Position numbers and translations under genes: made by a program. Positions 13,001 to 28,000 of a DNA stretch of 64,000 nucleotides are shown piece after piece. Positions within the stretch are counted from its first letter, which is position 1. Each line of letters starts with the position of its first letter. The DNA comes from Owenia fusiformis (lineage: Eukaryota), in assembly GCA_903813345.2 (NCBI GenBank), contig CAIIXF020000001.1, positions 24,242,001 through 24,306,000 on the forward strand. Direction: 5' to 3'. The notes beneath the pieces were generated by a model, which did not search any database, had not been told where the DNA came from, and saw nothing but the letters and a program-made list of their open reading frames with translations.

Positions 13001-16000
13001 GAGCACACTCTAGTTCGGTTCTGTGTGCCTCCACCACAAGATGTAGTGCATGAGTCCCATACACTCCATTCTTCCCACATTCCATCAACTAAAATGCAAA
13101 CAAAAGATAAATGTAAAAAATCTCTCCACTTAAACCATACAATTTATACATTTATATAAATATGTGTGTTATTTCTTTCGACATGATTTATCAAAATTAG
13201 GTATTATAGTTTGAATATAAAATATAAGAAATTCAGGGACCTCTGACAGACATTCCCACATTTGTCTTAGGTACATACTTGGACAGAAGTGAATGTTGCA
13301 GTCTTGGTACTGTCTTGCAAGTCCACTACATTCCTCTCCCCCATGTTGGGCATCCTGGCAGTCTCTCACCCTCAATTGTCTGCCACCACCACACGTAACA
13401 TTGCAGGGGAACCAATCTGACCACTCCTTCCAAGAGCCATCAACTGAATAGAAAAGTGAATATAACTTTGATGAGTTACTGCATTATAAAATGTTAAATA
13501 TTATATCCGCCCATAAAACTCAATGGTAAAAGCAGTCTTTCTATGATGCAATGGCACTGGACACATTTGCCAATTTGGGCATGGCCAATTTCCTTGTGTA
13601 GCAATACAAGTGGTCAACATCCCCAACTTGTACAAAATGATGTGGGGTGTTCATATATGTCTGTATTGACCCTATGCATCAGTATGACGTCATGCCTTTG
13701 TCCGGCCAGAAAATATTGCTGGCCGTCTAGAAAACGTCATAAGCAACCAGTGCTCAAAATGGCGACGAAGTGATGAGAAAAAGTTAAAAGAGTATGCCTA
13801 AATGCTGCGTTGCCAAGCGCGTATCTACGTTGAGGCAAATGAGGCAGCTGCCTCGTCGCTTTTTTCAGCCTTTGAAAAATAATGTTCGGATATAAAACCA
13901 TTAAAATGAGCACCTTTTTCTTGACAACATACCAATTAAAATAAAAGCTTATGTTCTGTTGATTTTATCTAAATATAATTTCATGTACGCTAAAGTAGCC
14001 TTCTCTCAAGACACTTGCGTGCGATTTTATACCGTTCGCATATCACCTAGCCTTCGTTTTTGAACCAAATTATAACGGCGCCATTTTCAGATTTTTGATT
14101 GATATTATGATACAAGACTCACTGTGGCAAGAAGATCAGGTACCTTATTCAGTGGCGTAGGAACAATGTACGCCAAATCGCCAGTGCGTAGTGTTGAAAA
14201 GTGAAAATAAAAAAGGCTTATTAATTTTACTATGTTCTTCAGTGATATTTTCTCATTGTGCATAAGTCTATCTCGAGCACACTAGCCTAAAAAATGTTTT
14301 TTGAATACCATAGGCCTATATATATTATGCAAGGTTTTTGTTCCTCTGTTATTTTTCTAATCGTGGCACAGATAAATGACACTTTTTGAGAAATGAAATT
14401 CATATAATATTGAATTAGTTTTAAAATATTGAAAGTTGCCTTGTTTCTAATACTGCAGAAAATGCAAAGTAATCATTATTGCTCTGTTTGATAAGTAATC
14501 TTTGAACAGATTGAATTCTGACCAACATGCTTTATTTAAAAAAAATCAAGACACTATTGACTATTTTATGAATCTTAAAAGTAAACTACAATTTCGCAAA
14601 ATATTCGTGAATTGCGTTCTCTTATACGAGTTTGAGAGAGGAAAGTTTTTTTTCTACCTGATGACATGGATGACTGCCTTTGCATTTTTGTGCATGTTCC
14701 GTAATGCTTGGACAATATTTATCTATTTTCTTACTTATTGTCATTGATATTACTTCTTGAAATATGAATGTTAAAGACAAAAACAACTTGAAATTGTTGA
14801 TTATTCAATTTCGCATTCCATTGAATTCAATGAGTTTTGGCGATAAATCCTATCCTTGAAAGTACATAAAGTACAACTTCAGCTTTTTTGGAGGGGGCGT
14901 TATTTTGTCTTGCGATCTAGTGTTATAAAAAGGTTGCAGACATTTAGGAATTGTATAATTGATCACTAATATGTTTCTTTAAATCGATTGATATACTAGT
15001 TTCTCTAATCTGTTTTGTCGGGTTGCAATATCTAAATTCAACTATTCAGAAATGGTTAAAATCTCTCAATGTTCAGGGGCGTAGCCAGCTTTCTATCAGG
15101 GGGTTGCGATCGCAAAACAATTTCGGTTTTCAGTCAGGAGGATTGCGATTGTGGCACTAACAAGCCAAAAATAAGATTTATTTGAATTTTACAAAAATTG
15201 ATGCAACTTCCCTCAAAATTGAGCTAGAAGCTTCAAATAAAAGCTCCTTTCTTCTTCTTTCTCATGGTTTTATTTTTATTGGTTATGGGGGATGCGCATC
15301 AATCGCACCTCCCCCCTGGCTACGCCTATGTTATCTGGAAAGTCGTCTATATCGTTCGAAAAAATAACATTTAAGAAAAGTGAGAATGAGTTGTGTCAAG
15401 ATTTAAAAGATCGACTTTCCATGGTGATTTTATATTATGAAAACATTCAAACATTTTAAGCACATTATATTAGCCTAAGGTATTGCCATAGAATGACGTT
15501 TTACGAGCATAAATAGGCGTTTTGATATAGAAGATTAGACGCAATATGTTTCATATTTTGGCGTAGTGTTGAATTTAAACCTTCCTACGCCCCTGTTATT
15601 ATTTAGGGTATTTCTTTTCTACTATCACCCAGATATAACGACCTAGGAAGGTCTATCAACACTAACCTACTCAAGGATATATTATTATTCGAAATTCAAT
15701 TTTACGCTGGTAAAAAAGTCATTTTTATAACTTCCAGCGTAAAGTGTAAAACTTAAAAGTAATCAATGTGCACTGGGCTGAAACGCCAATCTTTGAAATT
15801 CATTTTTTATTATTTTTTATCTTTCTATTGAAAGTATAATATTTTATGTCTCAAACGTACTCAGACAACCAATTTTACTTTGGTCAAACAATACTCCAAA
15901 TTACACAAGTAATATAGTCTGATAAGATATATGAATAAGTATATTGTATGGGCAGTGTATTTAATAAAAACGCTGTTAAGTATATTGCACGATGATAATT

Positions 16001-19000
16001 AATGTTTGTTTGCGATATGAAATCTATAAAAGATTCAGTTTAAACGATAGATTTTTCCTTGGGAGGAAAAGCAAGTATATTCTTGTCTGATACGACCAAT
16101 GAATATGAAAAACTGACTTTTATCTGTATTTAATTGATTGCTATAATTTATGCCACCAGAGTGATATCGTGTTACTTGCATTACCTATACAGTGCGTCCC
16201 AAAAACGCAACAAAGAAAAACATTGCAAAATCACAAAACCAGTGATGATTACATCAATTTCATTTAGTAAACATATGGAAAAAAGCGGCATAAACACAGT
16301 CGTTGCCTGTTTTCTTATGAAAGATTAATCATGAAAGATTACATTCCATTTCCCAATCCCATGACCACTATTTCTCTACACACTACCACTATTTCTCTAC
16401 ACACATAGCGGACTGGCCTGCGTGTCCATGTCGAACACCTCTTTGAATCATCTGAGGTTCTGGCGGAGAGTAGCAACCTCATTGGTGACTCTTTGTTAAC
16501 TGTTGCAATGTCTAAAACTTGGTCCAGAGCAGATTTTGGCACGTTGTGCAAAATGAATGATTATTCAGTGGTCCGTGGTCTTATATGAATAATTGACATA
16601 CCATTGGAAAGAGGAGGCATGTGGCTTCCTGGTAAACTAAATCAAATTGATGTTATCATCACTGATTTCCTAGTAGAAGAAACAGTTGTTGTTTTGCTTT
16701 CCGTCATATTTGATTTTTTGATTTTCCCGGGCTTTTCTAGACGGCCAGCTGAACTGAGCTGGAAAAATGTGTATTTGTGACGTCACTCGTGCATAGGGTC
16801 AATACCAGTATATATCTATCTGTACATCAACACAGGGTTGATTTTTTTTTTATTTTTATTTATTTATTTATAAAAAATAGATGTACATGGGGTAATATAG
16901 TAAATACAAGAGAGCATATTCAAGTGCTAATCACCATTTTGGCATTATAAGCACTCTAGCCAAGCGGGGAAAAAGATGAAGAGGGGTGGAAGGGGGGGGG
17001 GGGTCTGAGCTGGGCTGGGTTTGGGGGAAATACAGGGCAGAGGGACAATGTAATTTATATTTGCAAGACAAGGCAGGGTACAATAGGTTCTAAGATAGTC
17101 TTCTTCAGTCTTGTTCAATATGGGGTAAGCCATCTCTTAATAAAGGCAGAAGTCAGAGTAAAGATTTTTGTGTTTTCATCCTAATATTGCTAAAATTATG
17201 ATTGCTAAAGGCTAGGTATTCTAAAAGTGTGGATTGGTTAGTGGGGATCAAAGGAGTTTCAGTATAGAGAGTATTGAAAAAGATGGTTCTTGCATTTTCA
17301 TTCAGAGGGCAGTGAAAAAAGAAGTGTTTTGGAGTTTCGGGTAGACCACAAGAACAATTAGGAGAGCTGATGAAGGTGTAATTGTGGGCAAAGAGTTGAG
17401 CCCTGAAGAGCAGGTCTACCCTAAACCTATTAATAAGTGTTTCTTCATTTCTAGAAATATTTAGCATTGAGGTAGGGATTATGTTTATGTCAAGGTTGAG
17501 AAGGTGCTTGCGATTGTTGTTCTTAAAGGCAATGAGGGTTTTACTTGTTTGAATATTCTTTGGTACAGATAGCCAATGGGAGATTGCATTTGGTATGCAG
17601 GAGTTCAGGTATTTAGTAGTGGCAGGGTTGATTCAAGGAGGGGTCAAGAAGTTTGTCTCATAGATGTATACATTAGAAAAAATACTATTGATTCTTTTTT
17701 CAATTTAATATTTTCTCCATGAAGACCAGCTAGCCTAGCCTAATACATATACTTTATTGAATAAAAAAATTTACTTGTTTAGACTATAGCATTCAGATAT
17801 TTAATAATATGTATTCGGCTAATTATAGAATTGCAATATAATAGAACAATATCATGAAATTATAATTCCCAAAGGTCAAGCTAGGAAAGTTCAAATAACA
17901 TAGTGATGCATGACCAACGTAAAATATCAATTATTCATTGGATAATTCTTGTAATTATCTAACTTTAGAACATGACGCGACCCTATAGACTAATTGAGTC
18001 TTAAATATTAGATGCAATTAGCAAAAACATTGAAACCTGATTAATTATTTAAATCTTTGATTGTAAAATTGGAATGCTTTAATACACAAGTTTATTTCCA
18101 GGTTTGACCATTCATGATTTTCACTGCCTGTAAATCCTATAACATCGATTCATAATCACTAAAAGTTTTTCTCAAAATCATTTTAACCAAAAATGTGTTT
18201 AAGCAATTAATAATACTGAGATAACAGTTCAATAATTATGACGCATTAATTCAAAACAAATTTTTCCAAAATAACACATTTTCCTTAAAATGAGGACACA
18301 TTACAGAATTGACTTCTAAAATTCAAGTAAATTAACTTACCTGGGCAATCATATGTGTTACAATACTGAGTCTCCAAGGCAAGGCCAGTACAGTTCGCTC
18401 CACCATAGAAAGGACCTTCACATACCCTGGTGCGTTCTTGTTGCCCAGAGGCACATGTCAGACTACATAGACTCCAACCTGTCCATGACAGCCATACCCC
18501 ATCAACTAGACAGTAAGAAGAAAAATATTATGTACAGTGCACAATATCACATTTTCTCTTTACTTTATTTGTTTGACTGTACATATTCTAAGAAAATATG
18601 AACCTATTGCGATCACTGAATTGTAGCTGAGATAAAAGAATTCACATTTTCTTTGAATATATCAAACCCCAAAAATGCAAAAAAAGCTTTAATAAGTAGT
18701 ATTAAACTATTTTCAGGCAAATAACTACTTGAAGAGTCTAAAACAAAGCCTGATGTGAATATGGTAAAGTAAAATAAATATGCAAAGTAACTGAATACAG
18801 TGAAACCTGTATCTGAAACACCTCTGTAACCATTACACCTCCAAATTTACCATAGACTTCCAACTTAAAATACCTCAAAATACGAACACTTGAAAAACCG
18901 AATACTTTTGGCTTGCCCAGTGGCATTCAGATTAGACAGGTTTTACTATGCTACAGATTTACATAAGACTTAAACTGTGTTGGAATATTGTAAGCATGTT

Positions 19001-22000
19001 GAGGGAGGCACCTGGGCAGTAGTGTTTATTGCAAGCTTGTGTCTCATTGCTGGGGCCAGGACACTCAGCCCCCCCATAGTAAGGTCCCTGGCACTCTCTG
19101 ACTCTGGTCTGAAAGCCCCCGGCACATGTGACACTACACATATCCCAATCTGACCACTCTCCCCATACTCCATCAACTACAATTAAATGTTTACATTTGC
19201 TGTGTGAAAGATAAAAAGCAGTTGGTAACTTTTGGAAATAACCAACTAAAAATGCATGAAAAAGCTGAGTAAAACTATTAAATGCTGTATTTTGCACAAT
19301 ACAAAAGTATAGTTACTTTCCTTTCTTTTTAGAGGCTTAAGAATAAAAAGCAACAAAAAAGCTACTATGGCCAATATACCATCTACTCAACAAACACAAT
19401 GTGGCATAGACCTATACAATTAAGCAACGATATATTTCATTTTGTGTTAGTATTGTGCAACAAACCTGGGCAGAAGTGTGTATTGCACTCTTGTTTCTCT
19501 ATATCAGGGCCAATGCAGTCAGCACCCCCATAGAAAGGCCCCACACAGGTGCGACTACGTCCTCTCATGCCCCCAGCACATGTCACATTACATAAGCTCC
19601 AAGATGACCATTCCTCATATACACCATCAACTAAAAATGCAAGGTACCTAACATTCAACAATTTAGCTAAAGTGTAAGTTGCTATCCAGGGATGTAGCAA
19701 ATGCATTCCTTAAAAATTACCCCTTGAGGAAATTTTCTGGACATTTTGAGTTCTTACAAAAGGGAAAATCATAATTTATGGAGAATTGTATCTAAAAGCA
19801 AGTCAAGGCAGTTGATTAAAATGTAGCTCATTTCAGTTTTTATTAAAAGGTGTGCAAGTGCACGAGGGGAAAGAGTACCCGTGTATATACAACCTACCGC
19901 CGAGCAAAGACCCGAAGATGTCTGAAAATGTAGGGGGTGAGTTATAACCTTTTGTTTATATCTTGAATTTCTCAATATGAGAAACAGATAAAACACAGAA
20001 TTGTGTGTAACTGATAAAGTTATTGTTCCAGGCACTCATGTTTGCAAAATAATGAGTACTTAGCGCAATGTTTACTATCCAATCGCTAAATTCAACTTTT
20101 AAATATTTGAATGATGATTTACATCTTGAATAAGTAACAACCATGGCTGTCTTTACTTCATTCGATTCAAAGATACAATAGGTGTAAACGTATCATATTT
20201 ATTTCACTGCCATACGTTGCATATCATTGAAATCACCGGTGAAAGTTGAAAATGAAAGACCCGATTATGTCACGAGTACGATTATATAGGACCCGAAGCT
20301 ACCACCGAGCTATTCCGACTATACCATGAGTAGAACCCGATGAGGTAGTGAGTAAGCTTTCGAATGAGCATATAATATCATGACGATATCACAAATATTC
20401 CTTTTTATTTATCATATACTCCTGGCACCGGGATATAATATAATATGATATAATTCCCGCAGCACTATACGTCAACGTCTGTTTCCGGCAAAGTTCTTTA
20501 AAACATTGAATTCATGCTTACACTTGAATCACCATAATTTCCTATGTGTCTATGGTAAGAGTGCAACCCAAAAACATTTAATTCTGCATTGCAAGCGCCA
20601 TTCTACTCAAAGAACACAACTTGAAGAATCCCAAGCTTCACAAGCTTCATATCCTCGAAACGAAAATTACCGTGATCTTTCTTTGATAATACAATACCAT
20701 AGTCAAAAACATTGTAAATCCATTTTTGCCATTTAATTCAGGCACATTAACTTTAATACTCAGTAATGGATGGTGCTGACTGAAGTGGACCACAAAGTCA
20801 TCCATCTCGTGTGCTTTATAACTACAGTGGAAGCATTTGTACCGAGGACCTGAAATACAATGTTTCGATGTGCAGTGGTAACTGGTGATAGCCGTATTTT
20901 TTTCAGTTTCATTTATTGTTCACAACAAAATGATTCACAAATGATGCAGATTGTATGTTTATTATTTTTTCATCAGCATGTCATAAACTCGACGATATAA
21001 TCGGATCTCAACAGATTTTACTCAAGTAATGTTCGGATTCTGAGATCCTTTACTCAAGATATTTTCGGATCTTTATAATATTACTCGTCGATCACATCGG
21101 GTCCGATGTCCGATAACCTCGGATCTTTTAGGACAAAGTTTAAGTGAAGATTTTGCTGTTCAAAAGTGCTATTTTGACCTAATATTTTGACACTTAATAT
21201 ATTATGCATATGTACATCCATTTACCGACCCAAGTATGTCTTATGTATGGCTCATTATCAATTAAAGCGAGTATGAATTAGAAAAACAAATCGAAAACCA
21301 TTATACGTTTACCTTATCTCTTAATTTGGACATAAAAATATATTTCAACTATAATTCTAGGCCAATTGCGCCTGCTAGAACATCTTAGTAACAACTCTAA
21401 CCATCCAAAGGAATTGTTAGTGACATTATATTACCTTTATTGTCCATTTTCCTACGAGATGACATTATCAAACATTTGCTCGGCGGTATGTGCGTGTCTT
21501 GCTCGGCGGTAGGTTGTATATACACGGGTACTCTTTCCCCTCGTGAAGTGTGTAAGTTTTTCTTCCACCATTATCTCCATTATCTTGTACAAACATAAAT
21601 CTTTTGCTTGTAGCAAACAAAGGATGAGTCTGGGAATGAGTCTGGGTATCGACTTAGAAAATATTGAAAATTGTAATGTCTGAAAAACCAACTCAATCAC
21701 ACATATTATTAAACTTCAATATCTTATCCTTCTTCTGAGAGTACAAAAATATCAATTTGTATCACAATTAATGAAGAATATTGGCATCAAAGACAGTGCA
21801 TATCGTTTTGTCAGAATTGAAAAAAAAATCAATGGCAAATATTAAATGAATTATTTATACAAAAGGTTTGAAATAAATCCCCCAAATCATTGCTTACTTT
21901 CTTTGTATAGACATTGAATGGTATTTCTGGATTAGTGAATTGGTATTTATCTGGGTAATCAAGGGATTATAGTCACTCAAAGTTACTGAGCATCCAGTTT

Positions 22001-25000
22001 TGAGACTTCAATTGTGTTGGTGAAGTTACACATATTTCAGTCAAATTCATGCTGAGCACAACATTTTGGTTTCAATTTTATAATCTCTATACATGACCCT
22101 GGTGATGAAGAGTCAGAATCAGTCAAAAAACCTAAACCGGAAAACTGTGCTCATTGTGAAAACTAAAAGTGAAGCAACTTTTTTTCTGATATTTTTTACA
22201 TCAAATGGCAGCCATTTTGTTTTTCCCCCTTCAAATTAAACTGGCGGGAAATTCAAAAATTTAAAAAAAAATTTAATCCTTAAATATATTTCAAAAATAT
22301 GATTTTCTTTTAAATTCTTCATGGGTCTTAAGTTATTTCTTCTTTGTAAGTCAAACATGTTGCCATTGATGTTTTTTTCCATGATAATGACTATTTATTT
22401 TTTGTTAATATACTTATTCTGACTCTCAGCAGGGGGTTAATTATGCATCAAAACTCTTGAAAAAGTAAATATACTTATCAAATATAACTAGGACAGTAAT
22501 AAAAAACATATTTCACATACATTTGACTGAGGGACCAAAAGGGCATATACCCGGACACATCCTTTACTGCCAACTTTCTTCTTACAAACCTGTTTACTTG
22601 TGGCTTATAATGCAGTTCTGCAATGCCGCCGTTATATGTTTGTAATATATGGAAATAAATCATCAATAAAAAAAATATTAAAGATCTAATAGCAAAGGTT
22701 TTGCAAAAATGAATCAATGTAGTATAAAACAAATGTATGTATAATGAAGACATGTTGATCACCTGGGCAAAAGTGTGTATTGCAGTCCCTATATTCCAAA
22801 TCTGGACCCTGACAGTCATCACCTTCAAAGTAAGGCCCATCACAGGTGCGATAACGAGATTGTTGCCCACCTGCACAGGTAACATTACAGGTATTCCATT
22901 CTGACCAGGTAGAGTAAACACCATCAACTGGAACAAAAAACAAGGCACAGACGTGAACAATATCATACCTAAAACACAGCATTGTGGTCTTGTTGACCAA
23001 GAAAGCAAGATGGCCGCAGAAAAGTTAATCAGCTCTAGAACTTATCACTGTGTAAATATGTAAAAATTTGAACGGTTTGGCTGAAAACCTGTAGACAAGT
23101 CTTGAAAGTGAAGATTTTAGGACGGAAAATCCAAAATGGCCACCTTAAAATTTAACCAGAATGCCCAAAAACTAATCAGTTCTTGACGTTGATATGTAGA
23201 AACATCCCTGAAAATTTCAGATGAATCCCTCAAAAGGTTTGGCTGGAAACCTGTAGACAAGTCTTGAAAGTAAAGATTTTAGGATGGAAAATCCAAAATG
23301 GCCACCTTAAAATTTACCCAGAATGCTCAAAAACTAATCAGTTCTTGACGTTGATATGTAGAAACATCCCTGAAAATTTCAGATGAATCCCTCAAATGGT
23401 TTGGCTGGAAACCTGTAGACAAGTCTTGAAAGTGAAGATTTTAGGATGGAAAATCCAAAATGGCCACCTTAAGATTTACCCAGAATGCCCAAAAACTAAT
23501 CACTTCTTGACGTTGATATGTAGAAACATCCCTGAAAATTTCAGATGAATCCCTCAAATGGTTTGGCTGGAAACCTGTAGACAAGTCTTGAAAGTAAAGA
23601 TTTTAGGACGGAAAATCCAAAATGGCCACCTTAAGATTTACCCAGAATGCCCAAAAACTAATCGGTTCTTGACGTTGATATGTAGAAACATCCCTGAAAA
23701 TTTCAGATGAATCCCTCAAATGGTTTAGCTGGAAACCTGTAGACAAGCTGAAAAGTGAGACGCCGCCCGCCCGCCGCCCGCCCGCCGCCCGCCCGTCAAG
23801 CTGACTACAATATCGTACCTTTTGTTAGGTACGATAAAAAGGGTCATAATAAGATAATGGGTTTTACCATTTCCATACTTATTTATCCAGATACAGTGTA
23901 CAGGGCTAGGGTGTATGTGTTTTTATAATATTGAGACAGAATTGAATGATGGATCAGTGTTCGCATAATATATCATGTAATGTTCCCATGCAGGTTGAAT
24001 TTACTGTTGTACACCTGCACTCTTTATGAACTAGAGGGAGAAGAGTTTTGCTGGTTTTCATTAATTTTCAATAAAAAGCTTTTCAAAATCAATCAATAAT
24101 CAATTAAATCTTTAGGCCTGGGTGGGGTAAATCTGAAAAATAATTAATTATGATTTGGGCCCTCAACAAAATATACACGCTTCCAAGAACAAGTAAGAAT
24201 GCTACGTGTATTTATTGGTGTTTCCTACCTGGGCAGTTGTGTGTATTGCAATCTTGTGTTTCTTTCTCTGGTCCTTCACACTCAGCTCCCCCATAGAAGG
24301 GTCCAGTACATGACCTGTACCTGCTCTGCGATCCACCTCCACATGTTAGACTGCAGGTGTCCCACTCACTCCATGCTGCATATACGCCATCAACTACAAG
24401 GAACAGTTGATATTTTGAAATGAGAAAAACATTGATGGGTATTAAACTATTTATGAAAATGGTTCCTTATTAGACTTAAAACTTAACTCCTGTCAAAAAA
24501 TCTTCTTGGCAATATAAATGTAAATAGAGCTTCAATTCTAGTCTACACGCATGGCATTCAAAAATAAATTTTTCCTGTACCTGGACAATGCTGAGTATTA
24601 CAGTCCCTACTGTCATTACTAGGACCCTCACATGATTTGCCACCATAGAATGGTCCTAGGCATGATCTGTCCCTCCACTGTACACCACCACCACAGGACA
24701 GATCACAACTACCCCAAGATGACCATGGCTCCCATACTCCATCAACTACAATCGAAATACACTCATATGATAACTTGAATCTTTTGAGAACGATGCATGT
24801 TGGTGGTACCTCATTTTATATTTTATATATCAACCCTGATTGCTTTGTAAATGGCCAATACAATGCATTGCTTGAAAATAATTTATTTTAGTTAAATTCT
24901 AGTTGTTTTAGTATGCTAGTCTCACCATATATTTTCAAGCTAAACATTCACAGACCTCTCTGTCAGATGACTGTAAAAAAGATACCCTGCCCTGTAAACA

Positions 25001-28000
25001 CCAATCTGTGGTCTTTATTAAACACTAGTACATAGGTGGGATACAATCTCTACAATCAATCAAACAGAGAGATCAAGAATTTTTTTGTATATTGTGTGTT
25101 TTGTGTCCAACTTACTTGGACAGAAGAGTGTGTTACACGGCTCATAATCCATACTGCTCCCTGGGCATTCAGCTCCATTATAGAATGGTCCGTCACAGAT
25201 ACGGGATCTCGCACGGATTCCTCCACCACAGGTAACATTGCAATCAGCCCATGAAGCCCAGGTAGCCCATACACCGTCAACTTTATTTAGAGGTATTGGT
25301 GTAATAGGTTAGAACACACACAAGCAAGCTATGTTAGTCTTTCATGCATGAACAATGAGTCACTGGTTTTAGTATGCTACTAAACAACATTGAAAGCTTC
25401 ACAGAGAAAGCGTTACTTTACAACATGCATGTCTAACATAGCCAAACACATATCAACAGTCTAGCATTTTAATTAATAAGCAGTGACAATATATTATAAT
25501 TGAAGTTTATGCAATGTTATAATGTAAGAAATGACTTTAGACTTGGACAAAATTCTTGCGTCTGTATACATAGTGAGATACTAAAACTAATAGATGATCT
25601 AAGTTTATCATTGACTGATGTTATTCAACAATGATAATCTGACTGTCAACTGGGTTTGAAGTAGCTCAGTGCTATATTTCTTTTTTAATTACAAATATAT
25701 GCTGTGACTTTATGTAAAAAATCGAGCATTTAGTTTGTGTATGAATTTTGCTGCTTTTACATTGCCTAAGCATAATACATAGAAGATATAAGAATATCAT
25801 TGTTATATAAATTGCAATTATAAACAATGTAAATACAGGAACAATAATAATATATTTCATAACCATGCACATATATCAGATCATAATGCATCCAAGAAGT
25901 ACTTGCGGGAGATTTTACCCAAACAGCACATTCGAACTGTACAATAATGACTGTGTACATATGTACAAACACATTAAGATCTCAATAAAGTTTGGTACAT
26001 GTATTTAGCAGAACCATATCTCAGTTAGTCACTACAAATACACAATGATTAACTAACCTGGACAGGGAGGCAGAGAGCATGGCTTACTCTGGACAGCCTC
26101 ACTCTGGCACACCTCACCCCCGTGCAGAGCAGGGGGATGGTCGCACACACGATGACGTAGACGTTCACCATCAGCACATGTCACGGAGCACTCACTCCAA
26201 TCACCCCAAATGTTCCAGTCTCCATTCACTACACATATAGCCAGCATGATATATCACACATTTTCAATTTGAATTATATATTAAATGTATGCGGAATTTC
26301 AACTTATAAAAAATAAAGCATAATCTATTTTAAACTTATTTAGAACACGCTTGATGGTTATATTTACAAATATTTCGTTACCACTCCATCCTAACAGCAA
26401 AAACTATAACACATTTAGCTGCCATACATTTATGAACTGAAATGAGTCTTACCAATGCATCTAACAGCAGCTGCCCCAGTCTGGCATTTGGTGAAGACAT
26501 CCCAACCACTGTGTCTACATTCCTGTATAGAGACCTCATCCCCATTACATGCCACCTCACCAAACACAAATGGCATATTACCCTCTACACTGTACACTGG
26601 AAAAAATAACATTATCTACAGACCTATTATTTGCTCTGTTTGACTGAGGTGATACCTTGCTCTCATATAGCTGCATAAACATCAACTTTTGAACTGATAC
26701 TTCAATATCTTTCCTTTTTCTTTCCTCTAAATCACCAGTTATTTGAATGGCATTTCATATGGCTGGCATCCAATATCATTGAAAATTAAGTATATAAACT
26801 TAAATTATGAAAAAAGAAATAATCATATAAGGTAGGAAAATCAGTATGATATCATGAAAAATGTAAATTGATTTTGTTTCCATGAGTGAGATAATCCTTT
26901 GATCTAGCCTTAACTAATCAGAATATTTATTTCACATCGAAACTATGACAGCTATACTTTATTTGGGTTATTTCAATCTCATCAGCATTATGACTGTCTC
27001 CAATTCTATATATGGCTCTGATACTAGCCTTGCCCAAGTCGGTCTCTTTTACTTATCTTGATTTCAAGATCAGATAAGTAAAAAATACCTACTTGGGCAA
27101 GGCTACTTTGACACTTGAAGTTGGAACTTTTAAGGCTTCAGTTGAAATAACCTGATGGGTAAATACTGTACCTTCTGCTGCTCCGACAAGCCCTCTCTGC
27201 TTACAGACAATATCAGCATCCTGGATGTCCCAAGAGCTGTCAGCACATATATGGGTCCATGTGTGTTGCAGAGTGTCATACAATCTCACTATACCTTCCC
27301 CATACTGTGCCCCATCAGCTAGTACCACTGCACCTATAAGATGATTCGCAAATATATGAGTACATGATTCAAATTGAATTCAATAATATTTCAAGTGGGT
27401 GTTTTCTTGTATGTTCTGTAGTATTTTTTCAAAAAATGCTTTTCTCATTCTTCAATCAACACATGGACACATAAGAGGTTAAATTGTTTGTGGTATAAAC
27501 CCCGTTTATTCCTTATTTCACCACCAATCAATATGTTGGCATTTTACACTGGTCAACCGAACACCTTCAAAAACATTCACAGCTCATCTTACCATCACAG
27601 GCAGATACATGACATGGTGAAGTCTCCTCATTAGGTCCCATACAGAGCCTATCTACTCCTATGGTGCCTCCATACATACAAGCCCTAGAGCGGGACTTCA
27701 GGCCCCTTCCACATGTTGTATGACTGGAACACTCATCCCAGGCAGACCAGGGCTCCCAGTCTAAATGAAAAATTATAATATTCTGTTTACTAGTATAGTA
27801 ATCTACATTTATATTGATGAAAGTACCTGCCCCAGGGTGGGTGAAAAAACAAAGTGTTTTGGGCAGACATTTTTTTCTTGTCTCTTATTCGCCAATGACA
27901 TGCTAATACAAATGAACTCCATCCTACTTGTAATTTGCTAATAAATAAAATACTGAAAATCTCTATTAGATTTATATCCAGCTATTGCATACATACATGG

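Noticed and set aside
4062-25280. Dscam-like mutually exclusive splicing of the TSP1 exons
   Set aside because: All exons join in frame consecutively, introns are long enough for normal splicing, and I saw no docking/selector sequences; simple skipping remains possible
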